A stretch of DNA of 64,000 bases, taken from positions 2,618 to 66,617 of IMG/VR virus record IMGVR_UViG_3300028274_000008, one strand, 5' to 3'. A program made the position numbers and the translations under genes. The notes below the pieces were generated by a model. The model worked only from the letters and a program-made list of their open reading frames with translations. It ran no database searches and was not told where the DNA came from. This stretch comes from a virus. Positions 1 through 10,296 of this stretch are shown here, piece by piece (position 1 is the stretch's first letter; each line of letters starts with the position of its first letter).

Positions 1-516
1 TGCATGGGAAAACCAAGCGGTCATGGCGTCAAAGTCACCTTCTTTAGCTTTTTCATAAGAATGTAGAAAGGAATCAGAAGCTTCTGCTTGAGAGCCAATA
101 TCTTGTTCAATCTCGTGATACTTACCAGCAGCTGCTTCTTTAATCTTGGTAGCAATACCACCTTTCCCTACAATCTTTTCAGCAACAAGGGCCCCACCAG
201 CCACTACACCAGAGGCGAGCATTGGAAAACCTTTTGCGGATTCTACAAGGCCTCTACCTACTCTTTCTATATTAGTTGGTTTAGGGGGAGTAAAAATTGT
301 AGTAGGATCAAGGGTAATATGTTGATTTTGCTTTTTAGTAGTACGTTGTCCAAGCAAACTCTTTTTAAATTCAGTAGTAGAAATAAGATTATTTTCTTTT
401 TTTGTAAGAGGAGAAATATCTTGTGGAAAAAATTCTTGTTCTATCTCTTGTTGACGAGCTGGCTCAGCATTTTGAAAATCTGAGTTTGCTCTGAGTTCAT
501 CAATAGTAAAGTCCAT
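1..516 (-). CDS. N-terminal part of a large protein running off the window start; probable virion-encapsidated RNA polymerase (N4 gp50 equivalent)
   Basis: ATG at 516 with AAGGA RBS upstream, frame open to position 1 (MDFTIDELRANSDFQNAEPARQQ...); not in the ORF track because it has no stop in the window. Product assigned only by N4 synteny (follows gp51-gp59 equivalents). Confidence 0.6.
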   Translation of the reverse strand, partial: MDFTIDELRANSDFQNAEPARQQEIEQEFFPQDISPLTKKENNLISTTEFKKSLLGQRTTKKQNQHITLDPTTIFTPPKPTNIERVGRGLVESAKGFPMLASGVVAGGALVAEKIVGKGGIATKIKEAAAGKYHEIEQDIGSQAEASDSFLHSYEKAKEGDFDAMTAWFSHA

Positions 517-529
517 AGAATTCCTTGTA

Positions 530-2587
530 TTATTTTGAAACAGCAATTTGGTATTGTTTATACTCTTCAGGCGTTAATTGAATACGTTTACCGTTTTTAT
601 CTTTAAGAAAAAAACGAGGTTTACCTGCGTTTTTAATAGTATCCTGTTGAGCTGAAACTACAGAATCACCAAAACCTTTAGCGCTTTTAAGGGGCTGTGT
701 AAGAAACATATTTTGAGCTGTTTGTAATGCAGGTTTAAGGCCGTGTTTCCAAAAATTAACTAGATCTTTTCCTCCTTTTTTCCATGAATTCATGCTTTCC
801 TGTAACTGATTAGTAGAATAGCTTATTTTATTATTGCCCGTTTCTACTTCAATTTCCCAATCTGTGATATCTGTTGGTAAATTATATTTTGTTTTTAAGT
901 GCTCTGCTACTATTTTCACTGTATTAGGATTAGCTACTCCAGGAATAATAGCAGAAGTATTTGGATTTTTTGAAGGTTCTGTGTGTCTATTAATAAGAGA
1001 GTTTTTAAATTTCTCAGTAGTAGACTTATTTATTGCAGCACTAATATCTTGTTGTTTGGCTTTTTGCCAGCGTTTATTAAAAACATCGCCTAAATAATTT
1101 TCTCCAACACCAGACATTTCTTTTGTAAGAGCCTCAGTTGTTTTACCCTGTCTATTATTATGAGCCGTTATGTTTTCATAATATTGTTTTTGTGCTACAG
1201 CAAGATCAGTCCTAGCGTTATAGTTCTCAATAGCATTACGTGTTAACCTGATTAAATTAGTATTAAAATCTTTTTCATTTAGACCATATGTACCTGCACC
1301 TGCACTGCTAGAAGATAATTTTACAGACTCATTAACAATTGCTAAAGCAGTTCGCTGATTAATAGCACCACTATTCATAGCTGCTTTTAGTTCTTGTTCA
1401 ACAACATTAGCTGCTTTTGTTCCAGTAGCTGTAATACTGGGATCAAACATGCTCATGACAGCATTAACAGTTCCGGCAAATAAACCTTTCTCAAATCGTT
1501 CTGAAACTGCATCTAAATATCCTGAAGGACCTTGTTCTGTTGCTATAGCCTGATCCATAGAACCTTTTGGTAATTCAGTACGATCAATACGAGTCTGTAA
1601 TTGAGCTGCAGTATTCTTATAATTAGCTTCTATTAGTTTACCGGCATTAACCATCTCACCAATGTAACGAGTAAATTCTGCTTGTTCTCGTGGATTAGCT
1701 GTAGCAAATTGTCGATAAGCATTAGTTATCTGGCTGGTTAATCCAGGAACTAATTTACCTGGAACTCCATTTGTTGCAGCCTGAACAGCTGATTCTAAAC
1801 TGCCTCCGTTAAGTAACTGCTGTACACCGGCTCCAAAAGAATTATCAGTAATATCTTTTTCTGCTCTAAGTTTTTTAGCCCGGGTATCTGCTTCATCTAA
1901 TAGTTTATTATTAAATTTAGTTGTTGCAGCAATAGTTAATGCCTTATCATCAAGGATATTGCCATGTTTACTCTTTAATTGACTTATGTGAGCATCAAGA
2001 TCAGTACGATTCTTGAAAAGAGGAATATCATTAATTATACCTTGCGTAAAATCTGTTCTTTCTTTATTAAATCGATTCTGTAATACCCCAGCTCCTTGTT
2101 CCCACTTAGAAGCCTGTTGCAGTGCCCAGTCATTATCAGCGCCTTTAGCAATCAGATTTTCATATACAGCCTTTGAACCAAGAGTAATATCTTTACCATC
2201 ATTGGCTGCTTGAGTACCAATCCCAGAGGCAATACTGAGTGCATCGGCCCTTAGATCAGTACGAGTATCTGATATACCTGCTTTAAGTTTTTCCGGAGAG
2301 TACATCTTACCATATTTTTGTTCCATGGTACCAATGTCAAACTGACCTGCATCTTCTGCTTGGTTCAACTCACCAAGAGATTTTAACTTTTGTAAGTTAG
2401 CTTGGATACCAATATCAACATTTTCTCCTTGTTGAATAAAATTCTCTTCCTGGAGTTTTTGATGATCGGTAAGTATTTTTTTAAAAGGATCAAACCCACT
2501 AATAATATCTTCATTAGCATCACCTATTGCTTCCAGTGGTCCTTCAAAGGAGGGTGCATTTACATTCCGCCAAGTAATCTGAGCCAT
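530..2587 (-). CDS. Virion/ejection protein (N4 gp51-like)
   Basis: 685 aa, N-terminal MAQITWRNV motif typical of this N4-like protein; directly upstream of the putative vRNAP. Confidence 0.6.
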   Translation of the reverse strand: MAQITWRNVNAPSFEGPLEAIGDANEDIISGFDPFKKILTDHQKLQEENFIQQGENVDIGIQANLQKLKSLGELNQAEDAGQFDIGTMEQKYGKMYSPEKLKAGISDTRTDLRADALSIASGIGTQAANDGKDITLGSKAVYENLIAKGADNDWALQQASKWEQGAGVLQNRFNKERTDFTQGIINDIPLFKNRTDLDAHISQLKSKHGNILDDKALTIAATTKFNNKLLDEADTRAKKLRAEKDITDNSFGAGVQQLLNGGSLESAVQAATNGVPGKLVPGLTSQITNAYRQFATANPREQAEFTRYIGEMVNAGKLIEANYKNTAAQLQTRIDRTELPKGSMDQAIATEQGPSGYLDAVSERFEKGLFAGTVNAVMSMFDPSITATGTKAANVVEQELKAAMNSGAINQRTALAIVNESVKLSSSSAGAGTYGLNEKDFNTNLIRLTRNAIENYNARTDLAVAQKQYYENITAHNNRQGKTTEALTKEMSGVGENYLGDVFNKRWQKAKQQDISAAINKSTTEKFKNSLINRHTEPSKNPNTSAIIPGVANPNTVKIVAEHLKTKYNLPTDITDWEIEVETGNNKISYSTNQLQESMNSWKKGGKDLVNFWKHGLKPALQTAQNMFLTQPLKSAKGFGDSVVSAQQDTIKNAGKPRFFLKDKNGKRIQLTPEEYKQYQIAVSK

Positions 2588-2600
2588 TTTGTCCCCCTAC

Positions 2601-3110
2601 TTAGATATTAATAGTTTTTTTCTGGTAAGAAGCATTGGCTAGTTTTCTTGCATTTTCACGCCAATTAAAATCTGCCTCAACTAATTGTTTCTGAGCAGCA
2701 TAGTTTTTATTGAATGCTTGCTTCTGGAAGTTAAAAGAATCTTCAGCCAGTCCTAGTTTCTTCAAACCAAGATAAACTTTAGCTCCCCCTTCAAGAGCAT
2801 CAAATGCTCCACCAGCCCAACTACCATGTTTCATTTTAGTAAGAGGATCTTGGTATCCGCCAAGGTGTTCCATACCAGTAGCTCTATATCTGCCAAACTC
2901 ATCAACACCTCCTTTACCCCAAAACTTAAATCCATCGTAGTCAGGAAGATTAAGAGGATTAGTGTTAAGATTTGCTAAATCTCCTAAACCAAAACCTTGA
3001 TTAACAAAATTCTGATTCTGAGAAGACCCATATGTTTTGCCTACATCGGTTTTAAATAAATTTTCATCTATATCAAAATCAAAATTAAATTGACCGTTAT
3101 TGTTTGCCAT
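2601..3110 (-). CDS. Small virion/ejection protein (N4 gp52-like)
   Basis: 169 aa, C-terminal amphipathic segment FNFQKQAFNKNY; synteny. Confidence 0.5.
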   Translation of the reverse strand: MANNNGQFNFDFDIDENLFKTDVGKTYGSSQNQNFVNQGFGLGDLANLNTNPLNLPDYDGFKFWGKGGVDEFGRYRATGMEHLGGYQDPLTKMKHGSWAGGAFDALEGGAKVYLGLKKLGLAEDSFNFQKQAFNKNYAAQKQLVEADFNWRENARKLANASYQKKTINI

Positions 3111-3145
3111 AGTCAGTCCCCTTATTAAAATTTATTTATTTATTA

Positions 3146-5362
3146 TTAACCTATATTTGCCATATTAGCAAAAGCATAATTATTTGGTTCAGGTAATTTT
3201 AAAGACATATCAAAAAAATTAGGTACGATATCATGTGCAACAACAGTACCTATATTGCCTGCATGAATTGTGTACTCATAAAACTTTTCTGGATCTGTTA
3301 TAGGATGCTGTAATAACCTGGCTGATTGTGCCATTAAAAGATTCTCAGCCAATAAATTAGGTTCAAGTTCTTCTTGAATAAGTGCTAACTCATCCCATTG
3401 CTTTTCTGCAGCCAATAAGAAATTATCATACTCTTGCTTTAGGTTTTCTAACTGACCGGCTATAAACTCATTACTCTTATTTAACAATGCAGGAACCATG
3501 GATAATAATATATCAGAAGTAAGCATGTCTTTACCGAATACAGATATACCAGAACTGGAGGGCCCTTTAAATGCTGTAATAGCAAAAATAAGAATTGCTA
3601 AAATTGCAGCACCTTCTGGCCCAATGGCTTCTACAATAAGCTGTACACCATAATTTAAAGCTACTCCAAAAACAACTTGAGGTAGGATAAAATTAATAAC
3701 GGCCATATAACCTGCCGAAGCTGCAGTAGCAAGATCTAACAACCAAGGCTGAGCAGACCATAATGCAAAAGCAAGAGATGCAAATAAAAAGATAAATTTA
3801 AACAAACTAGATTCATACCATTTAAGCTTAACAACATCTACAGCATTAATAACCAGTATAAGTGCTTCTTGATAAAGTTGATTTTGCATTATCTTATTCA
3901 TATTGAAAGATACACCGTAATGCACTGGTACAATAAAGTTTAAATTATCTGCATCATCGATTACATCATTAAGGTAAGTATTAACTGAATGCCCGGTCCA
4001 TATGTCATTATTATGTCTGGGAGCGTATACAGTTACTTCTTTATATAAATTAGCTTCTGTCTGTAATTTGAAGACTACTTTAGAATTATCATCCCAAGAG
4101 CTTAAATTATAAACATCACCAACAGTATTCCGGGTAAAAGTCTTAGTGGCAGTGCCAATAGCCCCAATTGAACCAACAATAAAAACTGTAGTAATATATA
4201 AGAATTCAATTTTAAGTTTAAGGCCATACTCCACAAGAGAGGTATTCATGGTGTAGGTTTGTTTAGTATTAACATTTACTGTTGAATCTCCATTAAGAAT
4301 ATCATCCACATGGGTCCAAGCAGTAGCAGTTGTTAAGGCACCAATATGTTCAAAGAATTCTCCAAGGTACCAGATGCCTGCATTACTGGTAGTCTGCATA
4401 TTAACCCCAAACATTACATAAGCATGATCAATATCATCTTTATCTGGGTTATCATTTATTTGGGTCGCAATCTCATCAATATCTAATTTTATTTTCTTTA
4501 GTAAAGCTTTACCGGTAATATATTGTTGAGTACTCTGATAGGGTGCAGAAGTTAGATCAATATTTACTCTTCTAATAGGAACCACTGGCATAAAATCAGT
4601 AGAAGTTTGTATTGTAACGGTACCACTTAAAGCTGGATGTGTGCCATCGGAAAGTTTATATGCCCACCATTTGAGTGGCAGGGTCGTTGCGCCACCAGCA
4701 TCCAGCTCGTAATAAGAGGCCATACAGTATTCAGCACCTAATTCATAGCTGGAACTGATTACCTGGTCTTCATTGTAATAAGTAGCAGGATCTGATTCAA
4801 CGGTAGCATTAGCCTTTGAGTGGAGAACAACGTAAGAGGTTAGAATTTTATAAGTAATGGTAACTGTAACATTATCTGCAGCTAAAGACAGTTCATACAA
4901 AGTGACTTTATTAATTGCTAAGGCACCAGTGGAACTAACAGTAGGAATAGTCATTCCTGCAGGAAAGGTAGTTATTTCTTGAGTTAAATAATCATAGGTT
5001 CGGTCAGCAGTTAAAAATGGTAGAACAAGATAGTAGATCGATAAAGGATCTGTGAAGTATGCTTCAACTTGTACTCCAAGGGGTAAGATCATATCAGTAA
5101 CAATTGCAGCTGCAACATCAGCTTTAGGGGCGGTAAATAAAGTATCAGTAGTTCCTTGTGGTAAACCAAGAGTATAAAACTGTTCAGCATAGCCCATAAA
5201 GCCGGCTACTTTGGTGGCCATACCACCTAGTACAATATTAGTTAAACTGTTGCTTATATTGTTGCCAGATAAAACGGCAGAAAGGACAGCATTCTCTACA
5301 GGAGAATTATCAGGCTCCATAAGCTGCATTGTTGCGGTTGCTACTGTAACTCTAGTTGCCAT
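3146..5362 (-). CDS. Structural protein with C-terminal hydrophobic segments (N4 gp53-like)
   Basis: 738 aa; FMPVVPIR, DIDHAYVMFGV and KWYES motifs, hydrophobic C-terminal third; synteny. Confidence 0.6.
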   Translation of the reverse strand: MATRVTVATATMQLMEPDNSPVENAVLSAVLSGNNISNSLTNIVLGGMATKVAGFMGYAEQFYTLGLPQGTTDTLFTAPKADVAAAIVTDMILPLGVQVEAYFTDPLSIYYLVLPFLTADRTYDYLTQEITTFPAGMTIPTVSSTGALAINKVTLYELSLAADNVTVTITYKILTSYVVLHSKANATVESDPATYYNEDQVISSSYELGAEYCMASYYELDAGGATTLPLKWWAYKLSDGTHPALSGTVTIQTSTDFMPVVPIRRVNIDLTSAPYQSTQQYITGKALLKKIKLDIDEIATQINDNPDKDDIDHAYVMFGVNMQTTSNAGIWYLGEFFEHIGALTTATAWTHVDDILNGDSTVNVNTKQTYTMNTSLVEYGLKLKIEFLYITTVFIVGSIGAIGTATKTFTRNTVGDVYNLSSWDDNSKVVFKLQTEANLYKEVTVYAPRHNNDIWTGHSVNTYLNDVIDDADNLNFIVPVHYGVSFNMNKIMQNQLYQEALILVINAVDVVKLKWYESSLFKFIFLFASLAFALWSAQPWLLDLATAASAGYMAVINFILPQVVFGVALNYGVQLIVEAIGPEGAAILAILIFAITAFKGPSSSGISVFGKDMLTSDILLSMVPALLNKSNEFIAGQLENLKQEYDNFLLAAEKQWDELALIQEELEPNLLAENLLMAQSARLLQHPITDPEKFYEYTIHAGNIGTVVAHDIVPNFFDMSLKLPEPNNYAFANMANIG

Positions 5363-5375
5363 AAGCTCCTACAGT

Positions 5376-5400
5376 AATGGGGGCTAATTAAGCCCCCATT
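5376..5400. terminator. Perfect 10-bp inverted repeat, putative terminator or processing hairpin
   Basis: AATGGGGGCT-aatta-AGCCCCCATT between two minus-strand genes. Confidence 0.55.
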
Positions 5401-5406
5401 AGTTAA

Positions 5407-6546
5407 TTAAGGAATTGGTGTAACATTTGCCCCAGCCAGAAGAACATCCAACATTGCACCAAGATTAGGATCATCTAAACGATTGGCTGATTTAACTGTA
5501 CCAACACCCATAGTAGCAGAAACTGACCAAGCATCAACCATAAGCTTAGCTGCTTTCTGTTCTGCATCCCGAGTAAATCCATCAGTCTGAGCTTGGAATA
5601 AAGCTTTCTGTTTACCAATTACTCCAGCAACGGCTACGGCTCCAGCAGTTAAGTCTTGAATCTGTGCCAATTCAGTAGCTTTCTTTTGATCTAACAAAGC
5701 CCATTCTGATGCTGTTTTAATAACTTGAGCAGCAGCTAAACCAGAAATGATAGAAGTGCTGTCCATTTCACCTAATGTTTGTGGTTTAACATCACTGGTA
5801 TTAGATAGTTCAGTTACTATTTTTTGCTCAAGTAGACGCTCCTCAGTAATTGAATTTAAAACATCTTGGGTCATTACTGCTACTTCTTGATCAATTTTAG
5901 TTTTCTCATTGGTAACTTTACCAGTTTCAGCAAGCAGTAAAGCAGTTTCCTGATCAACCTTTAATTCCTGGGCTACTAGTAGCAGTGTTTCTTTATCAAC
6001 TTTTAATTCCTGAGAATTAATCAGTAAAGCTTCTTGGTCTACTTTTAGTTCCTGGGAAATTATAAGAGCTTTTTCTTCATTAACTTTTAGTTCTTGAGCT
6101 GTAATGAGATCTGTCTCTTCAGTTGTCTTCAGTGTAACTTGTGCTGCTTGAAGTTTTTCTAAAGCCACAAGGCCTTCAACAGCCGTTGAATCATTAAAGC
6201 CTAAACCAGCTAATATCAGTTCATCAGTCTGGGCAAGTTCAGTAACAGTCTTTTGCCGTACTAAGCCGATTTCTGCCCTTATCCGTTCACTGTTTTGATG
6301 GTTGGTTAAAAAAGCAATTGACTGCTGCATAACAGCACTGAGAGCCCCTAAATAGACCTTAGAGTACTCATCACCAGTAATACGGTCATTATTGTATTCA
6401 TCAAGCAAATGAAGCTTAACAACAGCCATAAACTTATCAAATACCCCAGTACCTGTAATACTACTGGTGGTCAGCTGCTCAACATCCGGTACAGCCAAAG
6501 TAACATTTGGTTGTACTTCGATTGGATCAAGTTCTAAGTTTGCCAT
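5407..6546 (-). CDS. Structural/tail protein (N4 gp54-like) with internal 14-aa coiled-coil repeats
   Basis: GTGVFDKFM...NRITG...Y N-terminal motif and GVIGKQKALF...RDAEQKAAK C-terminal motif; repeated QELKVDQE. Confidence 0.6.
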   Translation of the reverse strand: MANLELDPIEVQPNVTLAVPDVEQLTTSSITGTGVFDKFMAVVKLHLLDEYNNDRITGDEYSKVYLGALSAVMQQSIAFLTNHQNSERIRAEIGLVRQKTVTELAQTDELILAGLGFNDSTAVEGLVALEKLQAAQVTLKTTEETDLITAQELKVNEEKALIISQELKVDQEALLINSQELKVDKETLLLVAQELKVDQETALLLAETGKVTNEKTKIDQEVAVMTQDVLNSITEERLLEQKIVTELSNTSDVKPQTLGEMDSTSIISGLAAAQVIKTASEWALLDQKKATELAQIQDLTAGAVAVAGVIGKQKALFQAQTDGFTRDAEQKAAKLMVDAWSVSATMGVGTVKSANRLDDPNLGAMLDVLLAGANVTPIP

Positions 6547-6555
6547 TTATGACTC

Positions 6556-7122
6556 CTAATCTTCTATTCTATTACCCATCGCCTGGCGTTGGGCTAGGTC
6601 TTTCAGTTCTTGTGGAGTTAAGGGATCTAAAATTTCAATTGCAAATTCTTTAACCAAATGGCCTCTTTTCTGTTTCTGGCCATTGGGTAGTTTAATTTCT
6701 TTAAAAGCCTGGTATTTTCGTTCCTGCACCAATCTTAAAATAGCTGCTGGTACATGATATCCGACTTCAGTATTAAAAGGAACAAACTTTTTAATAGTAC
6801 CAATAACTCGATTACTGATACTAAGTATTTCTCCAGGCCAATCTTTTTTGTTTGGATTCATGCATGTTAAATTTATACGAACTAACCGGTTTGCTGTTTT
6901 TCTCAACCGGGTATTACTTTCCGCTTTACGGGTTGCTTCTGATTTCTGTTTAAATCGAGGCTTGGGTTTCTGTACAACCATCTCTTCTACTTCTTCTTCC
7001 GAGTTGAGTACTGCATTGAGTTTTTCTTTCAAAGACTTTACTCCAATTGAAGGATGAAATTTAATACCCATTAGTGTTGCTCTATCTTTTAAAAGACTTA
7101 ATTCTGTTGCTTGCTTTGCCAT
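6556..7122 (-). CDS. Conserved N4 gp55-like protein
   Basis: LKDRATLMGIKFHPSIG and CMNPNKKDWPGEI motifs; directly downstream of the capsid gene. Confidence 0.65.
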   Translation of the reverse strand: MAKQATELSLLKDRATLMGIKFHPSIGVKSLKEKLNAVLNSEEEVEEMVVQKPKPRFKQKSEATRKAESNTRLRKTANRLVRINLTCMNPNKKDWPGEILSISNRVIGTIKKFVPFNTEVGYHVPAAILRLVQERKYQAFKEIKLPNGQKQKRGHLVKEFAIEILDPLTPQELKDLAQRQAMGNRIED

Positions 7123-7149
7123 TTGTCCACCTTTATTTGTGTCAGGTTA

Positions 7150-7187
7150 CTGTTAAAGAAACTCTTCCCCTAATTAAAGGGGAAGAG
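7150..7187 (-). terminator. Rho-independent terminator after the major capsid gene
   Basis: CTCTTCCCCT/AGGGGAAGAG stem (7162-7187) followed on the minus strand by TTTCTTT. Confidence 0.7.
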
Positions 7188-7228
7188 AGTAAATTACATT
7201 TTACTCAACACTTAGTGTCAAGTTGATT

Positions 7229-9028
7229 TTACCACTGTGCAACAGTCCACAACACGGCCAACCGTTCTGGGCGCAAAATCATGGAACCGTAGTACCATTT
7301 GATACTCATAAGCCCAGATTCACCGTAAGGATCCTGCGTGGAAACCATCTCTTTACCTGGTTTCTTATGGAAGATGGTAAACTTGGTGCTTTTACCGCTG
7401 GTCTGGAAACCAATAGTAGTAAATGAAGCATCACCAACAACAAGCATCGGATACGCATCATAATAACCATCAGTTACACGATAACCAGAGTTAACACCCT
7501 CAGCGATACCTACGGAACCGGCAGCACCGTTATGGTGCATCATCTCAGGAACAACAACAATTCTGAAATGTCCAATGGTACCGATTTCACCATTAATCTC
7601 AGAACCAGCAGCCGCATAATGTGCCAGCGGGATAAATGCCTGGTTACTGAAATGATCAGTCATCTTTTCAATGGTAGGAATCAACTCAGAACCAATATAT
7701 ATAATACGGGCGGAGTTAATAACCTTTGTATCAACCATTCGGGAACCGGTTATAATCTTGGTGTTCTTAGGACATCTGTTGTTATCAAGATCAATGGAAA
7801 GCTTACTTAGATCATCATAATCAACTTCAGTCAGGGTAGAAGCAACACCAGACATATCCTCTTTACTTAAAGCATCACCGGCATAACGAATAACACCAGC
7901 ACCGTTAAGCAGATCAATCTGCAGAGCATCCTCGGTAATTTCATTGGCACCAAAGAGCATTTCACGGTTAATATGCATGGCCATCTCAGCATCAGTATCA
8001 AAGTCCAGAGATTCCTGGGTGTACTCATCAAAGAAACCAAATTTCTCAATAGATCCTTCCAGAGTAATACGTTTGAAACCAACACGGTTAACTCTTCCAC
8101 CAACCTCGGTCAGTGCAGGGAGTTTACCGGAGATATAACCAACATCTTTACTGGAACCATAAAGATTACCAGCACCATTTACAGAAGTGTTCAGGGTTGT
8201 TTCATAACCCAGATCGTAAATAGTATTAGCACCTTCTACAGTTTCTGCAACAGACTCAGTACCAGTACCAGCTATTGTACAGGCTACACGACTAGCCTGA
8301 TAGCCAGCACGATCAAAAGTTGCAGTAAGAGTTCCACCATTAGTACCGGTACCGGTAGCAAGAGCAAGGGTGAAAGGCATAGCTGCGTAGTTTGCAGCAT
8401 TTGGGGATGCAATCAAACCAGCCAGAGCAGCATCAATAGTCTGAACACCAGCCATAGTAAATTCAAGATCTACTCCATCCCAAGTGATAGTAATTACATC
8501 ATCAGTAGTAAGAGTAACCAGGGTAATAGTATCAACCTGAATTGCTTCACCGGTAGCTGCCTGAATGGCATAATCGGCTGCAACAGAAGCATGGGCCATG
8601 GTTGCATACTGATCAGGAAATTGTGATTGGATCCAGGCAACAAAAGCTGTCTTTGCAGCAGTAATAGCTGTTGCATCAACTGATGCATGGTTACCAACAA
8701 AATATTCTTTCATTCCTGCGCCAAGGGTACCTTCACCGTCCGGACCTGCAACAGTAATGGTAGATTCAAAAGTCGTTGTTGCACCAGCAGCATCCAATCC
8801 CTGATCATTGATATTCGCATCATCAAGTAAAGGCATGTAATGGTACCGTTTAATTGTTTTACCCATGTGTTTGGGCATGGCCGTTACATCAGCCAACTGG
8901 GAAAAGTACTGTTCTTTTTTCAGCTCAATAAGAGCTTTTTTCTGATAATACTCAGTTACTAGCTGAGTACCTATATCAGACGCCGCTCCGCCTGTTACAA
9001 AGCCTCGTCCACCGTCAGGTAGTGCCAT
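7229..9028 (-). CDS. Major capsid protein, N4 gp56 family, with ~200-aa insertion
   Basis: MPKHMGKTIK, PLLDDANINDQG, GNLYGSSKD, GGRVNRVGF, DPYGE and LRPERLA motifs; 599 aa versus about 400 aa for the family. Confidence 0.92.
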   Translation of the reverse strand: MALPDGGRGFVTGGAASDIGTQLVTEYYQKKALIELKKEQYFSQLADVTAMPKHMGKTIKRYHYMPLLDDANINDQGLDAAGATTTFESTITVAGPDGEGTLGAGMKEYFVGNHASVDATAITAAKTAFVAWIQSQFPDQYATMAHASVAADYAIQAATGEAIQVDTITLVTLTTDDVITITWDGVDLEFTMAGVQTIDAALAGLIASPNAANYAAMPFTLALATGTGTNGGTLTATFDRAGYQASRVACTIAGTGTESVAETVEGANTIYDLGYETTLNTSVNGAGNLYGSSKDVGYISGKLPALTEVGGRVNRVGFKRITLEGSIEKFGFFDEYTQESLDFDTDAEMAMHINREMLFGANEITEDALQIDLLNGAGVIRYAGDALSKEDMSGVASTLTEVDYDDLSKLSIDLDNNRCPKNTKIITGSRMVDTKVINSARIIYIGSELIPTIEKMTDHFSNQAFIPLAHYAAAGSEINGEIGTIGHFRIVVVPEMMHHNGAAGSVGIAEGVNSGYRVTDGYYDAYPMLVVGDASFTTIGFQTSGKSTKFTIFHKKPGKEMVSTQDPYGESGLMSIKWYYGSMILRPERLAVLWTVAQW

Positions 9029-9051
9029 TTTATATTTCCTTGTTTAATAGA

Positions 9052-10293
9052 TTATTTTACTTTAAAATCATTAGGGTCAATTTTAGCAAAATCATCATCA
9101 GACATGGATAAAGGATTATACGATACGACTGCTGGAGTACCTTTACTCTTAGTAGGGCTAGCAGCCTTCTTGCGTTCTTTCCGTTTTTCCTCTGCTTTAG
9201 AATCGATTTTAGTTGGAGCAATAACTGGTTCAGGTTTAGTTTCTGTTACAGGAGATGTTTCCTCCTTTTTAAACTGCCCTGCTTTGTATAGCTGATCACC
9301 CATCTGTTTATACGCACGAATATCAGATATCCCAGTTAAATTCCCCATGCTGCGTTCATACTCTACGGCTTTCATGACTTTATCATAGGTCCCATCGGCA
9401 ACGTGCTCATTGATTGTTTTAATAATTTGAGGTGAGTTGGCAATGATGTTACGACTGTCTTGATCCCATACATTCGTTATTACATTCAGGGTATCCTGAT
9501 AGGTGGGCGTACTATGAATATCTTCAAGTACAGCGTCTAAATCAAGTTCTGATTCATTAACAGTATGTTGGGTCGGAGTATATTTACTGTCATCTTTAAC
9601 ATTTACATCCAAAGGATCCATACCACTGTCTTTAACCAGTTTAGTAATTGCCTCTGGATTTTTGTTGTGTAGATCAATTAAAAAGTTAAGATCATTCTCT
9701 TCCATCAGGCCATTCTTTTCGAGTAACTTAAGAATGCGCATTGAAGGTTTAAGACCGGCCATCTTCTTATGATAATTGGCTCCCATCTGCATAAGACGGA
9801 TAGCATCATCAGTATTCTTTACAGCCATGTCATAACCATTTGCTTTAAATGGAGCAGTGATCTTTTCATACTCAGCTTTATAATCAATCCCCGCTTTATC
9901 AGACTTTACTTCTTTGTCTTCTTTTTTATCTGTTTTAATTTTTTTATCCGAATCCGCCTCAAGGTCAGTTTCAACCTCCTCTTTTTTCTTTTCTGGTTCT
10001 GGCTTCTTCAAATCTTTATCTTCTTCTGAGAAAACTTTACTGGCTTCTTCAGCTGCAAGCTCTTCAGCCTTTTTATTAGCAGCTGCATCAGCTTCTTCCT
10101 GGGCTTTTGCTTCAGCTTCTGCATCTTCCTCAGCTTTTTTAACTGCATCAGGATCAACCTCTTCTTCCGGCTCTTCCTCAACAATTTTTTCTGTAAGTTC
10201 TGGAGGACCCTCTAATTTAGCAAAGTCTTCATCAGACAATTCCAGTGCCTCAATCGGTGCTTCTTCCATTTTTGTTTCTTCGGCAACAGCCAT
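9052..10293 (-). CDS. N4 gp57-like protein (annotated tape measure/scaffold)
   Basis: Acidic N-terminus, APFKANG and LMQMGANY motifs, C-terminal NPLSMSDDDF; synteny. Confidence 0.75.
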   Translation of the reverse strand: MAVAEETKMEEAPIEALELSDEDFAKLEGPPELTEKIVEEEPEEEVDPDAVKKAEEDAEAEAKAQEEADAAANKKAEELAAEEASKVFSEEDKDLKKPEPEKKKEEVETDLEADSDKKIKTDKKEDKEVKSDKAGIDYKAEYEKITAPFKANGYDMAVKNTDDAIRLMQMGANYHKKMAGLKPSMRILKLLEKNGLMEENDLNFLIDLHNKNPEAITKLVKDSGMDPLDVNVKDDSKYTPTQHTVNESELDLDAVLEDIHSTPTYQDTLNVITNVWDQDSRNIIANSPQIIKTINEHVADGTYDKVMKAVEYERSMGNLTGISDIRAYKQMGDQLYKAGQFKKEETSPVTETKPEPVIAPTKIDSKAEEKRKERKKAASPTKSKGTPAVVSYNPLSMSDDDFAKIDPNDFKVK

Positions 10294-10296
10294 GGG

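Noticed and set aside
88-483. Plus-strand ORF 88-483 and other antisense ORFs in the track (e.g. 7973-8626, 9914-10423, 15898-16341, 48774-49220, 60491-61174)
   Set aside because: Shadow frames of well-supported genes on the opposite strand
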